This document shows, in pieces, positions 18,503 through 27,276 of a stretch of DNA of 64,000 nt. Under the pieces are notes generated by a model. It was not told the DNA's origin, made no database searches, and saw only the letters and a program-made list of their open reading frames with translations. Source of the DNA: Treponemataceae bacterium (GTDB taxonomy: Bacteria > Spirochaetota > Spirochaetia > Treponematales > Rectinemataceae). The stretch covers positions 672,001 to 736,000 of the forward strand of contig CAXXVZ010000005.1 in assembly GCA_963678065.2 (NCBI GenBank). The letters run 5' to 3'. Positions within the stretch are counted from its first letter, which is position 1; every line of letters starts with the position of its first letter. Position numbers and translations under genes: made by a program.

Positions 18503-19480
18503 ATGCCAAACTATTCGGTGATCCTCGGGAATCTGGGCAATACCTGCGACCGCTTCCTCTCGAGCGGGTACAAAGAACAGCCCGACAAGGAGACCATGAT
18601 CCGCCAGGCGGCGGAAATAGAGGGCGTGAAAGGCATCGAGCTCGTCGGAAGCTGGGACATAACGGAAGAGAACGCCGACGAAGTGGGCGACTGGCTGGTC
18701 AAGTATGGCCTCGAGTGCGTCTCCATCATTCCGGACCTTTTTTCCCAGAAGCGCTGGGGGTCGGGCTCGATAGCGTCGAAAGATCCTTCAATCAGAGCCC
18801 AGGCCGTGGAGTATATCGACTCCATGGCCGGACTGGCCAAAAAACTCGGCTGCGCCACGCTCAACATCTGGCCCGGCCAGGACGGATACGACTACTCGCT
18901 GCAGTCCGATTTCCGGCGCGAACGCCAGTGGCTCTCGCAGAGCATCGTCGCCGCGGCTTCGGCCCATCCGGAGATCCGATTCGCCCTCGAGTACAAAATG
19001 AAGGAGCCGCGCACCCACTCCTTCCTCGCCCGCGCGGCGGACACCCTGGTCGTCGCGCAGTCCACGGGGCTCGACAACGTGGGCGTCACGATCGATACGG
19101 GGCACTCCTTCCTCGCCTACGAAAACGTGGCGGAGGCCGCCGTCATGCTCGACATGTACGGCAAGAAGCTCTTCCACCTCCACTTCAACGACAACTACCG
19201 CTACTGGGACGACGACATGATCGTCGGCTCCGTCCACCTCGTCGAATACCTCGAACTCCTATTCTGGCTGAAGGAGATCGGCTACGCGGGCTGGTACTCG
19301 ATGGACCAGTACCCCTACCGCGAGGACGGGCAAAAGGCCATCCGCGAGAGCGTGCGCTTCGTGGCGGCCCTCGATGCCATGCTCGACGAGACGGCCATGG
19401 CGGAGATCCGCGGACTGCTCGCACAGGGGAAGGCTGTCGAGTCGCAGGCCTGGTTCAGGCGGAAGATATTCGGGCGCTAG
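18503..19480 (+). CDS. Xylose-isomerase-like TIM-barrel sugar isomerase
   Basis: IWPGQDG, LEYKMKEPR, TIDTGH, HLHFNDN, WDDDM, MDQYP metal-binding motifs. Confidence 0.85.
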   Translation: MPNYSVILGNLGNTCDRFLSSGYKEQPDKETMIRQAAEIEGVKGIELVGSWDITEENADEVGDWLVKYGLECVSIIPDLFSQKRWGSGSIASKDPSIRAQAVEYIDSMAGLAKKLGCATLNIWPGQDGYDYSLQSDFRRERQWLSQSIVAAASAHPEIRFALEYKMKEPRTHSFLARAADTLVVAQSTGLDNVGVTIDTGHSFLAYENVAEAAVMLDMYGKKLFHLHFNDNYRYWDDDMIVGSVHLVEYLELLFWLKEIGYAGWYSMDQYPYREDGQKAIRESVRFVAALDAMLDETAMAEIRGLLAQGKAVESQAWFRRKIFGR

Positions 19481-19530
19481 AGGGGAATGCGGGGGATGAC
19501 GGCATCTGCGCCGTTCATTCCCCTTTTTTT
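19481..19530 (+). terminator. Intrinsic terminator between convergent genes
   Basis: aggggaatg...cattcccct stem with an inner stem, followed by a T run. Confidence 0.65.
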
Positions 19531-20261
19531 CTGTACCAATATCTGTACGATTCTCCGAACCCGATTTTCCGATAGAGATTCATCGCCGCCGCGTTGTTCA
19601 CCATCACCTGCAAATACGCGGTCTTCGCGCCTTGTTCCCGCGCTCTTTCAAGGATTCCCCGCACTATGCCTTCCCCTATTCCCCTCCTCCGCATCGATTC
19701 CTCGACGACGATATCGAATATTCCCACACACCCCCGCTCCTGTGCGCCGAATCCACAAGCGATCATCTTGCCGTCGATTCTTTTGCTCGCCACGACTTTA
19801 TTCAGGTCGATGTTGCGCAGCATCGCTTTCATGACAGCGTGATACCGCCCGGCGATTTTGTTGCACTCGATGAATCCCTTTTCCCACTCTTCGGAAAAAT
19901 CGCTTTCACGATCGATCTGAAACTCAATTCCATGCTCTGTCGGACCGAGCGGCATCGTCATCACGATTGTTTCGTCGAGACGGGCGTAGGCCCGCGCGTC
20001 GAGCACGCTTTCAATTCCCCGCTGCTCTTCGCCATCGATCAATTTGAACACAACGGGGAGACCCCGTCGCCGATAGATTCGTTCGCAGCTGTCTATTTTT
20101 TCTTCGATGTCGATATGCGAACGGTAAATCGGGTTTATCGAGTTGGCCCGCTTCGTGTACCCCTCCGAAAACCGGAGAATCCACCCGTCATACAGTCTGG
20201 TCTGAAGCGAGGGCCACGCGTTCATGGATAATTCCTCGATCATCTGGCTCATGCACATCAT
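19515..20261 (-). CDS. GNAT N-acetyltransferase
   Basis: NAWP, GWILRFSEGYTKRANS, RRRGIG, YLQV...N..A..LYRKIGF. Confidence 0.88.
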   Translation of the reverse strand: MMCMSQMIEELSMNAWPSLQTRLYDGWILRFSEGYTKRANSINPIYRSHIDIEEKIDSCERIYRRRGLPVVFKLIDGEEQRGIESVLDARAYARLDETIVMTMPLGPTEHGIEFQIDRESDFSEEWEKGFIECNKIAGRYHAVMKAMLRNIDLNKVVASKRIDGKMIACGFGAQERGCVGIFDIVVEESMRRRGIGEGIVRGILERAREQGAKTAYLQVMVNNAAAMNLYRKIGFGESYRYWYRKKGE

Positions 20262-20358
20262 CCGGCCTCCCTGATTCCGAGTGTCCTTTTTTGTCCGACA
20301 CACTTTCTCGGTGCCGCCCGGTCTGACGGCGCCCCCGTCCGGGTCGGACGGCGCCCTT

Positions 20359-20907
20359 TCAGCCGACATTCTTTCCTGGCGCGAACCAGACACCATCGCG
20401 CACATAGTGCAGCCGCTCGCGCCATGCCTCGTGCCGCGCGCAGGCGCGGAGCACTTCGCCCGCGACGATCGCAGATGTCCCTTCTACTGCGACGCTGGCG
20501 AGTCTGCACTCGAGCCATCCCGCGACGCCTTCGGGGACGAGCGCGTCGACCCGCAGCGCGCCGAACGCGGGGATGCCGAAGCGGGCGTACTTGTCGACGT
20601 CGCGTCCCGACACGGAGCCGGTTTTCTCGACGAGCTCTTTCTGCCGGAAAGAGGGCAGAGCCAGGACGAATTCGCCCGAGGCACAGAGATCCTCGTAGGT
20701 TCGGTGGCCCGTGTCGCAGACAAAGAGAATTCTGGACACGGGTTCGTAGTCGAGCGGACAGCACCAGGCCACAGGGGCGAGGTCGTAGCGGGCCTTCCCG
20801 CCCTCTTCGTTCCCCTCCGCGCGTCCCTTCGTGCAGACAAGGACGAGTCCGCCAGCGTTCTGCAGGGTGTATGCCTCGCCGACCGCGATTTCCTCATATT
20901 CTTCCAC
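20359..20907 (-). CDS. Flavin reductase family protein
   Basis: DLAPVAW, TYE....GEFV, GSVSGRDVDK, WLECR, IVAGEV. Confidence 0.8.
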   Translation of the reverse strand: MEEYEEIAVGEAYTLQNAGGLVLVCTKGRAEGNEEGGKARYDLAPVAWCCPLDYEPVSRILFVCDTGHRTYEDLCASGEFVLALPSFRQKELVEKTGSVSGRDVDKYARFGIPAFGALRVDALVPEGVAGWLECRLASVAVEGTSAIVAGEVLRACARHEAWRERLHYVRDGVWFAPGKNVG

Positions 20908-20961
20908 GCTTCCGCCTCCTTGGCATTTCCGTTCAGGATGCCCGGAGCCATACTATCATGA

Positions 20962-21579
20962 TCAGGGACTGAACTGCGCGAGAAAATCCGCCAAGGCTGT
21001 TTCGTCGCCATTCAGGGCTTCTGCCGGCGAGCGGCCATGGGCCACGACGGCGGCGACCGCATCGCGGGGGGAGTAAGCTCGCGCGGCGACGAGCCAGGCG
21101 GCGAGGACATGGCCTGTTCTTCCATAGCCGCCCGAGCAGTGGACGAGGACGCGTTCGCCGGCTTCGTCGGCGTCGCGCAGGAAGGGCAGGATCGAGCCCC
21201 TGAATACCTGCGGATCGACGAGGGTGTAGTCTTCGATAGGAGCGAAGAGGACATGTTGCCCGCCGAAAGCGCGGCGGTAGCTGCCCGGAAGGTCATCGTA
21301 GTAGTCGAGCTGTCTTCCGTCGAGGAGACAGCAGAGGCGCGACACGCCGACGCGGCGCAGGTCCCCGATCCAGTCCTCCACTGTCTCGGAAGGCACCATG
21401 GAGGAAGGATAGCCCGGCCGGGACGCCCCGAACACTGTCCTCTCCGTGTCCGAAGCGCTGTCGAAACGGTACAGGGTGAACAGGTCTTTGGGGCCGCAAG
21501 GGTCCATGCACCGTCTCCATTCCGGGAGGGGCGATACGGCATCGCGCGCGGCGGAATCAGTCAATCCAGTCGGTGTCAT
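20962..21579 (-). CDS. Dual-specificity/tyrosine protein phosphatase
   Basis: VHCSGGYGRTG (CX5R) motif; PIEDY acid loop. Confidence 0.85.
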   Translation of the reverse strand: MTPTGLTDSAARDAVSPLPEWRRCMDPCGPKDLFTLYRFDSASDTERTVFGASRPGYPSSMVPSETVEDWIGDLRRVGVSRLCCLLDGRQLDYYDDLPGSYRRAFGGQHVLFAPIEDYTLVDPQVFRGSILPFLRDADEAGERVLVHCSGGYGRTGHVLAAWLVAARAYSPRDAVAAVVAHGRSPAEALNGDETALADFLAQFSP

Positions 21580-22012
21580 TGTCCTTTTGCCTGGGAATGG
21601 TCGTGACGGGTGGGAAGTCCGGGTCCTCCGGAATCGTGCCCTGCACGGTTCCGAGCTCCGGGTCGGGGATATCCGTCTGGAACGGTCCGGAAAGGTCCTC
21701 GCGGAATTGGCGCCAGGATGGGTATGCCGCGACAGCCAAGGCGGCGAGAAGGATGGCCGCGACGATGGGAGCGGCGGGCGACCGCCGTGCGGAGCCCGGC
21801 CCGAAGAGGCGGGCGCGAACCGTGCATGTCACTCCTGCGGCCAAAAAGCAGGCGAGGGTCGAGAACGGTACGAAGGAACAGATCGATCGGTACCCGAACA
21901 TGTTGAGTGTGTATGTGAAAGGGTTCGGCACAAGGGTGACGGCGCCTGCGGCCGTGAACACGAAGCTGGCCCCGAGAAGGAGCCGGTAGAAGGTCTCTCT
22001 CCTGATCTTCAT
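21557..22012 (-). CDS. Small membrane protein of unknown function
   Basis: Three hydrophobic segments; GGAAGGA RBS; overlaps the phosphatase start. Confidence 0.55.
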   Translation of the reverse strand: MKIRRETFYRLLLGASFVFTAAGAVTLVPNPFTYTLNMFGYRSICSFVPFSTLACFLAAGVTCTVRARLFGPGSARRSPAAPIVAAILLAALAVAAYPSWRQFREDLSGPFQTDIPDPELGTVQGTIPEDPDFPPVTTIPRQKDNDTDWID

Positions 22013-22224
22013 TTCCTTCCATGAACACGAAGCGGGCCGGTCTTGTCAACGGAGGCGGAGCATGGCCCCCCTTGCGTGAGATATATTTATTATAGTTTGC
22101 CAGCGATCCGGCTTCACGGGAATTTGTTTGATCAGTCTAACTCTTTTCCATATAAGTAAGTGTATTCGAACTTTTTCCGTCGGACGATTGGTTCCGGATC
22201 CCATATCGCGTATTATTTCCCTCC

Positions 22225-24774
22225 ATGAAAACCATCAATGACCCCGAGGAACTCTTCGGGCTGACCGACGAAGACGTCATCGCCCGGATTTCTTCCGAGG
22301 GCTACAACGAGCTGCCACAGGCAAAGCAGCGAAGTGTCTTTCACATAGCTCTGGAAGTCATCAAGGAACCGATGTTCATCCTTCTTCTGCTCTGCGGCCT
22401 CCTCTACCTCATGCTTGGAGACGCCGGGGAAGCCCTCATGCTGCTCGGCTTCGTCGCCGTAGTCATGGGCATCACGCTTTACCAGGAGAACAAGACGGAG
22501 AAGGCGCTCGAGGCGCTGCGCAACCTCTCGAGCCCGCGGGCGCTCGTCGTCAGGAACGGCGAGAAGATCAGGATCGCGGGACGGGATGTCGTCCGCGACG
22601 ACACCGTCCTCCTCTCCGAGGGAGACAGGGTGCCCGCGGACGCTCTGCTCCTGCGGGCGACCAATCTCAAGGCCGACGAGTCGCTCCTGACCGGCGAATC
22701 CGTGCCTGTCCGCAAGAAGGCATGGGACGGCATCTCGGAATCCGGCAGGCCGGGCGGAGACGATCTCCCGACAGTGTATTCAGGATCCATGGTTGTCTCG
22801 GGTCAGGGTATAGCCCGCGTCATCGCGACGGGTCCGCGGACCGAGATCGGCAAGATCGGTACGGCGCTGCAGACGCTGGAAATCGAGAGCACCGGACTGC
22901 AGAAACAGACCGCCGCCATCGTGAAGACCTTCGGAGCCGTCGGCGCGGTACTCTGCGTCACCGTCATCGTCCTTTTCGGACTGACAAGGGGAAACTGGAT
23001 CGAGGGAATCCTGGCCGGACTCTCGCTGGCCATGGCGACTCTGCCCGAAGAATTCCCCGTCGTCATGACGATCTTCCTCGCGCTGGGAGCATGGCGGATT
23101 TCAAAGCGGAACGTGCTCACGCGGAGAGTTGCGGCGATCGAGACCCTCGGCGCGGCGACGGTCCTGTGCACGGACAAGACCGGCACGCTGACCATGAACC
23201 GCATGACTGTGGCCAGACTGGGATACGAGGGCGATTTTTCCGAAGTGAAGGAAGGACTCGCTTCCCTGCCCGAGCACCTGCACGAGATAGTCGAATACGC
23301 CGTCCTCGCGAGTCCGGCAGATCCCTTCGACCCGATGGAGAAGGCCATGCGCGAGCTCGCCGCCCGCACTCTGTCCGGAACCGAACACGTGCACGCCGAC
23401 TGGAAGCTCGTGCGCGAGTACCCTCTGTCGGACAAGCTCCTCGCCATGTCCCATGTCTGGGAGTCTCCCGACCACGAACACTATGTCATCGCGGCCAAGG
23501 GCGCCCCGGAAGCGATCGCCGGACTCTGTCACTTCGACGAGAGGCGGGTGGCCGGGCTTCGGGCCGACATCGAGTGTCTGGCCGCCGATGGCCTGCGCGT
23601 ACTCGGCGTCGCCTCCGCTACCTTCGACCGGCTGAGCCTTCCCGAGGCCCAGCACGACTTCGTGTTCCGCTTCATCGGCCTCATGGGTTTGCACGATCCT
23701 GTGCGGCCCGGCGTTCCGGAGGCCGTCACGATGTGCAGGACAGCCGGCATCCGCGTCGTCATGATCACCGGCGACTATCCGGGAACCGCGATCTCCATCG
23801 CGAAGCAGATCGGGCTCGACGGGCCCGGGAATGTCATAACCGGTCCCGAACTGGAGAAAATGGACGACGCAGAACTCGCGAAACGCATCGCGCACACGTC
23901 GGTATTCGCGAGGGCGGTGCCGGAACAGAAACTCAGGATCGTGTCGGCGCTCAAGGCGAACGACGACATCGTCGCCATGACAGGCGACGGAGTCAACGAC
24001 GCACCGGCGCTGAAGGCCGCGCACATCGGCGTGGCCATGGGCGGCCGCGGCACGGATGTCGCGAGAGAGTCGGGCGCCCTCGTCCTCCTCGACGACGATT
24101 TCGGGTCCATCGTGCAGGCGGCGCGCGTCGGCAGGCGGATCTTCGACAACATGCAGAAGGCGATGACTTTCATTTTTTCGGTTCACCTGCCGATCGCGGG
24201 CATGTCCTTCCTGCCCGTCCTCTTCGGGTGGCCACTCGCCCTCATGCCTGTCCACATCCTCTTCCTCGAGCTGATCATCGACCCGGCCTGCTCCGTCATC
24301 TTTGAGATGGAGGAGGAAGAGGCCGACATCATGATGAGGAAACCCCGCAGATCCGACGAGCCGCTTTTCGGCAAGCGGATGATCCGGACGGGGCTGGTCC
24401 AGGGTCTCGGCGTGCTGGCCCTGGTTGTCGGCATCTACGCCTGGGCGCTCGGTGCCGGACTCGGCGAGGGAGAGGCACGGGCCCTCGCCTTCGTCAACCT
24501 GGTATTCGGCAACCTGGGCATGATCATGTCGAACCGCTCCTGGACCCGCTCCATCTTCGAGACCCTCAGGATTCCCAATCCAGCGGTGAAGTGGGTCTGC
24601 GGCGGCGCCCTCGCCTTTCTCGCGCTCGTAGTGTTCGTCCCCGCCCTCAACTCGCTCTTCGGATTCGCCCCTCTGCACGGCTGGGAAATCGCGCTCTGTC
24701 TCGGGACGGGAGCCCTCACAATCCTTATAAACGAGGCTATGAAGCTGCCGGGCTTTCTGCGGGCGCGGGTTTGA
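22225..24774 (+). CDS. Cation-translocating P-type ATPase (P2A-like)
   Basis: DESLLTGES, PEEFP, DKTGT, KGAPE, MITGD, MTGDGVNDAPAL. Confidence 0.95.
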   Translation: MKTINDPEELFGLTDEDVIARISSEGYNELPQAKQRSVFHIALEVIKEPMFILLLLCGLLYLMLGDAGEALMLLGFVAVVMGITLYQENKTEKALEALRNLSSPRALVVRNGEKIRIAGRDVVRDDTVLLSEGDRVPADALLLRATNLKADESLLTGESVPVRKKAWDGISESGRPGGDDLPTVYSGSMVVSGQGIARVIATGPRTEIGKIGTALQTLEIESTGLQKQTAAIVKTFGAVGAVLCVTVIVLFGLTRGNWIEGILAGLSLAMATLPEEFPVVMTIFLALGAWRISKRNVLTRRVAAIETLGAATVLCTDKTGTLTMNRMTVARLGYEGDFSEVKEGLASLPEHLHEIVEYAVLASPADPFDPMEKAMRELAARTLSGTEHVHADWKLVREYPLSDKLLAMSHVWESPDHEHYVIAAKGAPEAIAGLCHFDERRVAGLRADIECLAADGLRVLGVASATFDRLSLPEAQHDFVFRFIGLMGLHDPVRPGVPEAVTMCRTAGIRVVMITGDYPGTAISIAKQIGLDGPGNVITGPELEKMDDAELAKRIAHTSVFARAVPEQKLRIVSALKANDDIVAMTGDGVNDAPALKAAHIGVAMGGRGTDVARESGALVLLDDDFGSIVQAARVGRRIFDNMQKAMTFIFSVHLPIAGMSFLPVLFGWPLALMPVHILFLELIIDPACSVIFEMEEEEADIMMRKPRRSDEPLFGKRMIRTGLVQGLGVLALVVGIYAWALGAGLGEGEARALAFVNLVFGNLGMIMSNRSWTRSIFETLRIPNPAVKWVCGGALAFLALVVFVPALNSLFGFAPLHGWEIALCLGTGALTILINEAMKLPGFLRARV

Positions 24775-24789
24775 GCGCGGAGCTCCGGT

Positions 24790-26184
24790 TCAGTTCGGGC
24801 AGAATCCCCGGGCGGCCGCGCGGGCGCGTTTGTTCTCGTACATGGTCGAATCGGCGCGCTTCAGGACCTCGTCGAGAGACTCCTTCTTCTCCGGATCGTA
24901 GACTTCGACTCCGGCGCTTATGGAGAGTTGATAGTTCCTCGATCCGAGGGCGTTGAAGCTCTCCACGTTTTCCTCGAGACGGCACTGGAGCTCGCCGGGA
25001 CCCGCATCGGGATTCAGCGCGCCGAGAACGGCGAATTCGTCGCCGCCCATCCGGGCGATGATGTCCGAATTGCGGAAGCTCAGGCGGAGCATTCCCGCGG
25101 TGTCGACGATGGCGAGATCGCCCACCTCGTGGCCGTGGGTGTCGTTGATGTGTTTCATCCCGTCGAGGTCGGCGAAGAGGACGAAAAGCCGCGCGCCCGT
25201 CCTTTCGGCCCGAAGGATTTCCCTCTCCGCGAGGAGCGTGAATCCGCGCCTGTTGTAGAGGCCGGAGAGTTCGTCGGTCAGCGAGAGCTGCTGCAGTTCC
25301 CTGCGCATCCGCACCGCCTCGGTGACGTCGCGCAGGATGGCAAGGGACATTCTGCGGCCGTCCCAGTCCGTTTCCGATACCCTGGCGTCGACATTGATGA
25401 GTCTCCCGTCGGTCGTTTCCATCTCCAGTTCGCGAGTCTCTCCAGGCAGGATGGGAACTCTGTTCGCGTACTCTTTCAGGCTGTAGATCCGCGGTCCGAA
25501 CATGATCTGCGCCGCTTTGTTCGCGTAGTGGACGGTGTGATCCTGGTCGAGGACGACGATGGCGTCCTGGTTCGTTTCGAGGAGTCTGAGATAATTGGCT
25601 TCCAGGGCCTTGATGCTGGCGAGCGCCTCTTTGAGCTGGCGGATGGCGTCGAAAAGTTCCTTGTTCTTCTGGATCGCGCTCTCGTAGGTCGAGAGGAGAA
25701 GGTCGATCATCTGGATGCGCGACGAATTGAGGAAATACTTCTGGCCCGCGAAATAGACCTCGACGCCCATCTCCGCGGTCTGATTCTTGCGCAGTTCAAG
25801 GTTGGCCGAGGTGTAGCGGATGCGCGAGACCAGGACCTCGTCCTCGTAGGGTTTGGTGAGGAAGTTGTCGGCGCCGACCTTGAGCGCCTCGATGACGTCG
25901 GTGGGATCGGAGAGCGTGGTCACGAGAATGACGGGAATATCCTTGAATTCCGGGTCTGTCTTGATGGCCTCACAGAGTTCGTAGCCACCCATCTCGGGCA
26001 TCATGACGTCGGAGATGACGATGGTGGGCTTGGCCTGCCTGATCATGGCGAGGGCCTCGAGCCCATTCACGGCCGCACGGACCTCGTAGCCCTCACGCTC
26101 GAGGATGTGCCGGAGCCTCATGGCCTGGGTCTTGGAATCCTCGACGATGAGGATGTCCAGTTTCAACGGCATAATAGCCTCCAC
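24790..26184 (-). CDS. REC-PAS-GGDEF diguanylate cyclase (WspR-like output)
   Basis: VEDS..Q, SDVMMP, KP; PAS-like segment; RNSD I-site and GGDEF. Confidence 0.92.
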   Translation of the reverse strand: MEAIMPLKLDILIVEDSKTQAMRLRHILEREGYEVRAAVNGLEALAMIRQAKPTIVISDVMMPEMGGYELCEAIKTDPEFKDIPVILVTTLSDPTDVIEALKVGADNFLTKPYEDEVLVSRIRYTSANLELRKNQTAEMGVEVYFAGQKYFLNSSRIQMIDLLLSTYESAIQKNKELFDAIRQLKEALASIKALEANYLRLLETNQDAIVVLDQDHTVHYANKAAQIMFGPRIYSLKEYANRVPILPGETRELEMETTDGRLINVDARVSETDWDGRRMSLAILRDVTEAVRMRRELQQLSLTDELSGLYNRRGFTLLAEREILRAERTGARLFVLFADLDGMKHINDTHGHEVGDLAIVDTAGMLRLSFRNSDIIARMGGDEFAVLGALNPDAGPGELQCRLEENVESFNALGSRNYQLSISAGVEVYDPEKKESLDEVLKRADSTMYENKRARAAARGFCPN

Positions 26185-26194
26185 TGCAAGAGTA

Positions 26195-27274
26195 TCATTG
26201 CGTAAGCGCGAACAGAAGTTCCGCGATCGACGATGGCGGCAGGATATGGCGAGCGGCTTTTCGCCGGACCGCCTCCCCCGGCATGCCGAAGACGACCGAA
26301 CTCTCCTCGTCCTGCGCGATGGTTTCGGCGCCTCGCGAGCGCATGAGTCCGAGCTCTTCCGCCCCGTCCTGCCCCATTCCGGAGAGGAGCACGCCTATGG
26401 ACCGCGGCCCGAAGGCCTCCGCGGCCGAGGCGAAGAGCCTCGCGACGGAGGGGCGCAGTCCCGAATCGGGCGGCTCGTCCACAAGGCGGATACGCCCGTC
26501 CTTCCCGACAGTCATGTGCAGGGCGTCCGGCGCGAGGTAGACCTGGCCGGGTTTCGGGGTTTCGCCGTCCGAGGCGATGAAGACAGGCATTCCCGCGGCC
26601 GCGCCCAGCCACCCCGCCATGCCCGCGAGGAAGCCAGCGGCTATGTGCTGGACGATGAGGATGGGCAAGGGGAAGGGCTTGGGCAGACGGGAGAGCATTT
26701 CCGTGATCGCGGCGGGCCCTCCCGTCGAGGCGCCGACGACGACGATCTCCCGTTTGAGCGCCGGAACCGCGGGAACCGGCCAGGGATGGGGCTGTCCGGC
26801 CGGACGCCTGTCCTTCAGGTCCTGGTCGGAGGCGGCCGGGCGGAAGCGCCTGCGCACGACGGGGAGTCCGGCCATCGCCTTCACCGTGCGCACGAGTTCT
26901 TCCTTCATGGACATGAAGGCCGGATTCGCCGGCCCGACGGGCTTGGCCATGACGGCCACGGCGCCGGCCTGCAGGGCGCGGAAGGTCTTGTCCGCCGCAG
27001 ACGGATCCCAGGCGGCGCTCACGACCACGATTGGCAGGGGGTAGGACTCCATGATGCGCTGTGTCGTCTCGTACCCGTCCAGGCCGGGCATCTCTATATC
27101 CATGGTCACAACGTCGACCGTGTTCCGGGACAGGAAAGCGAGAGCAAGTTCCCCCGAGGCGACGGTTCCCGCGATATGTATCCCGGAATCGGAGGAGAGG
27201 ATGTAGGCGAGAAGTTCCCGGGAAATCCGGGAGTCGTCGACAATAAGAACGCGTACCACCATTCCTCCAACCAT
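26195..27274 (-). CDS. cheB: Chemotaxis methylesterase with REC domain (WspF-like)
   Basis: MDIEMP, GASTGGP, VQHI, RPSV, SGMGQDG, SVVFGMP. Confidence 0.95.
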   Translation of the reverse strand: MVGGMVVRVLIVDDSRISRELLAYILSSDSGIHIAGTVASGELALAFLSRNTVDVVTMDIEMPGLDGYETTQRIMESYPLPIVVVSAAWDPSAADKTFRALQAGAVAVMAKPVGPANPAFMSMKEELVRTVKAMAGLPVVRRRFRPAASDQDLKDRRPAGQPHPWPVPAVPALKREIVVVGASTGGPAAITEMLSRLPKPFPLPILIVQHIAAGFLAGMAGWLGAAAGMPVFIASDGETPKPGQVYLAPDALHMTVGKDGRIRLVDEPPDSGLRPSVARLFASAAEAFGPRSIGVLLSGMGQDGAEELGLMRSRGAETIAQDEESSVVFGMPGEAVRRKAARHILPPSSIAELLFALTQ

Positions 27275-27276
27275 GA

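Noticed and set aside
22050..22224. yybP-ykoY riboswitch upstream of the P-type ATPase
   Set aside because: The conserved GGGGAGUAG-type motif was not found.
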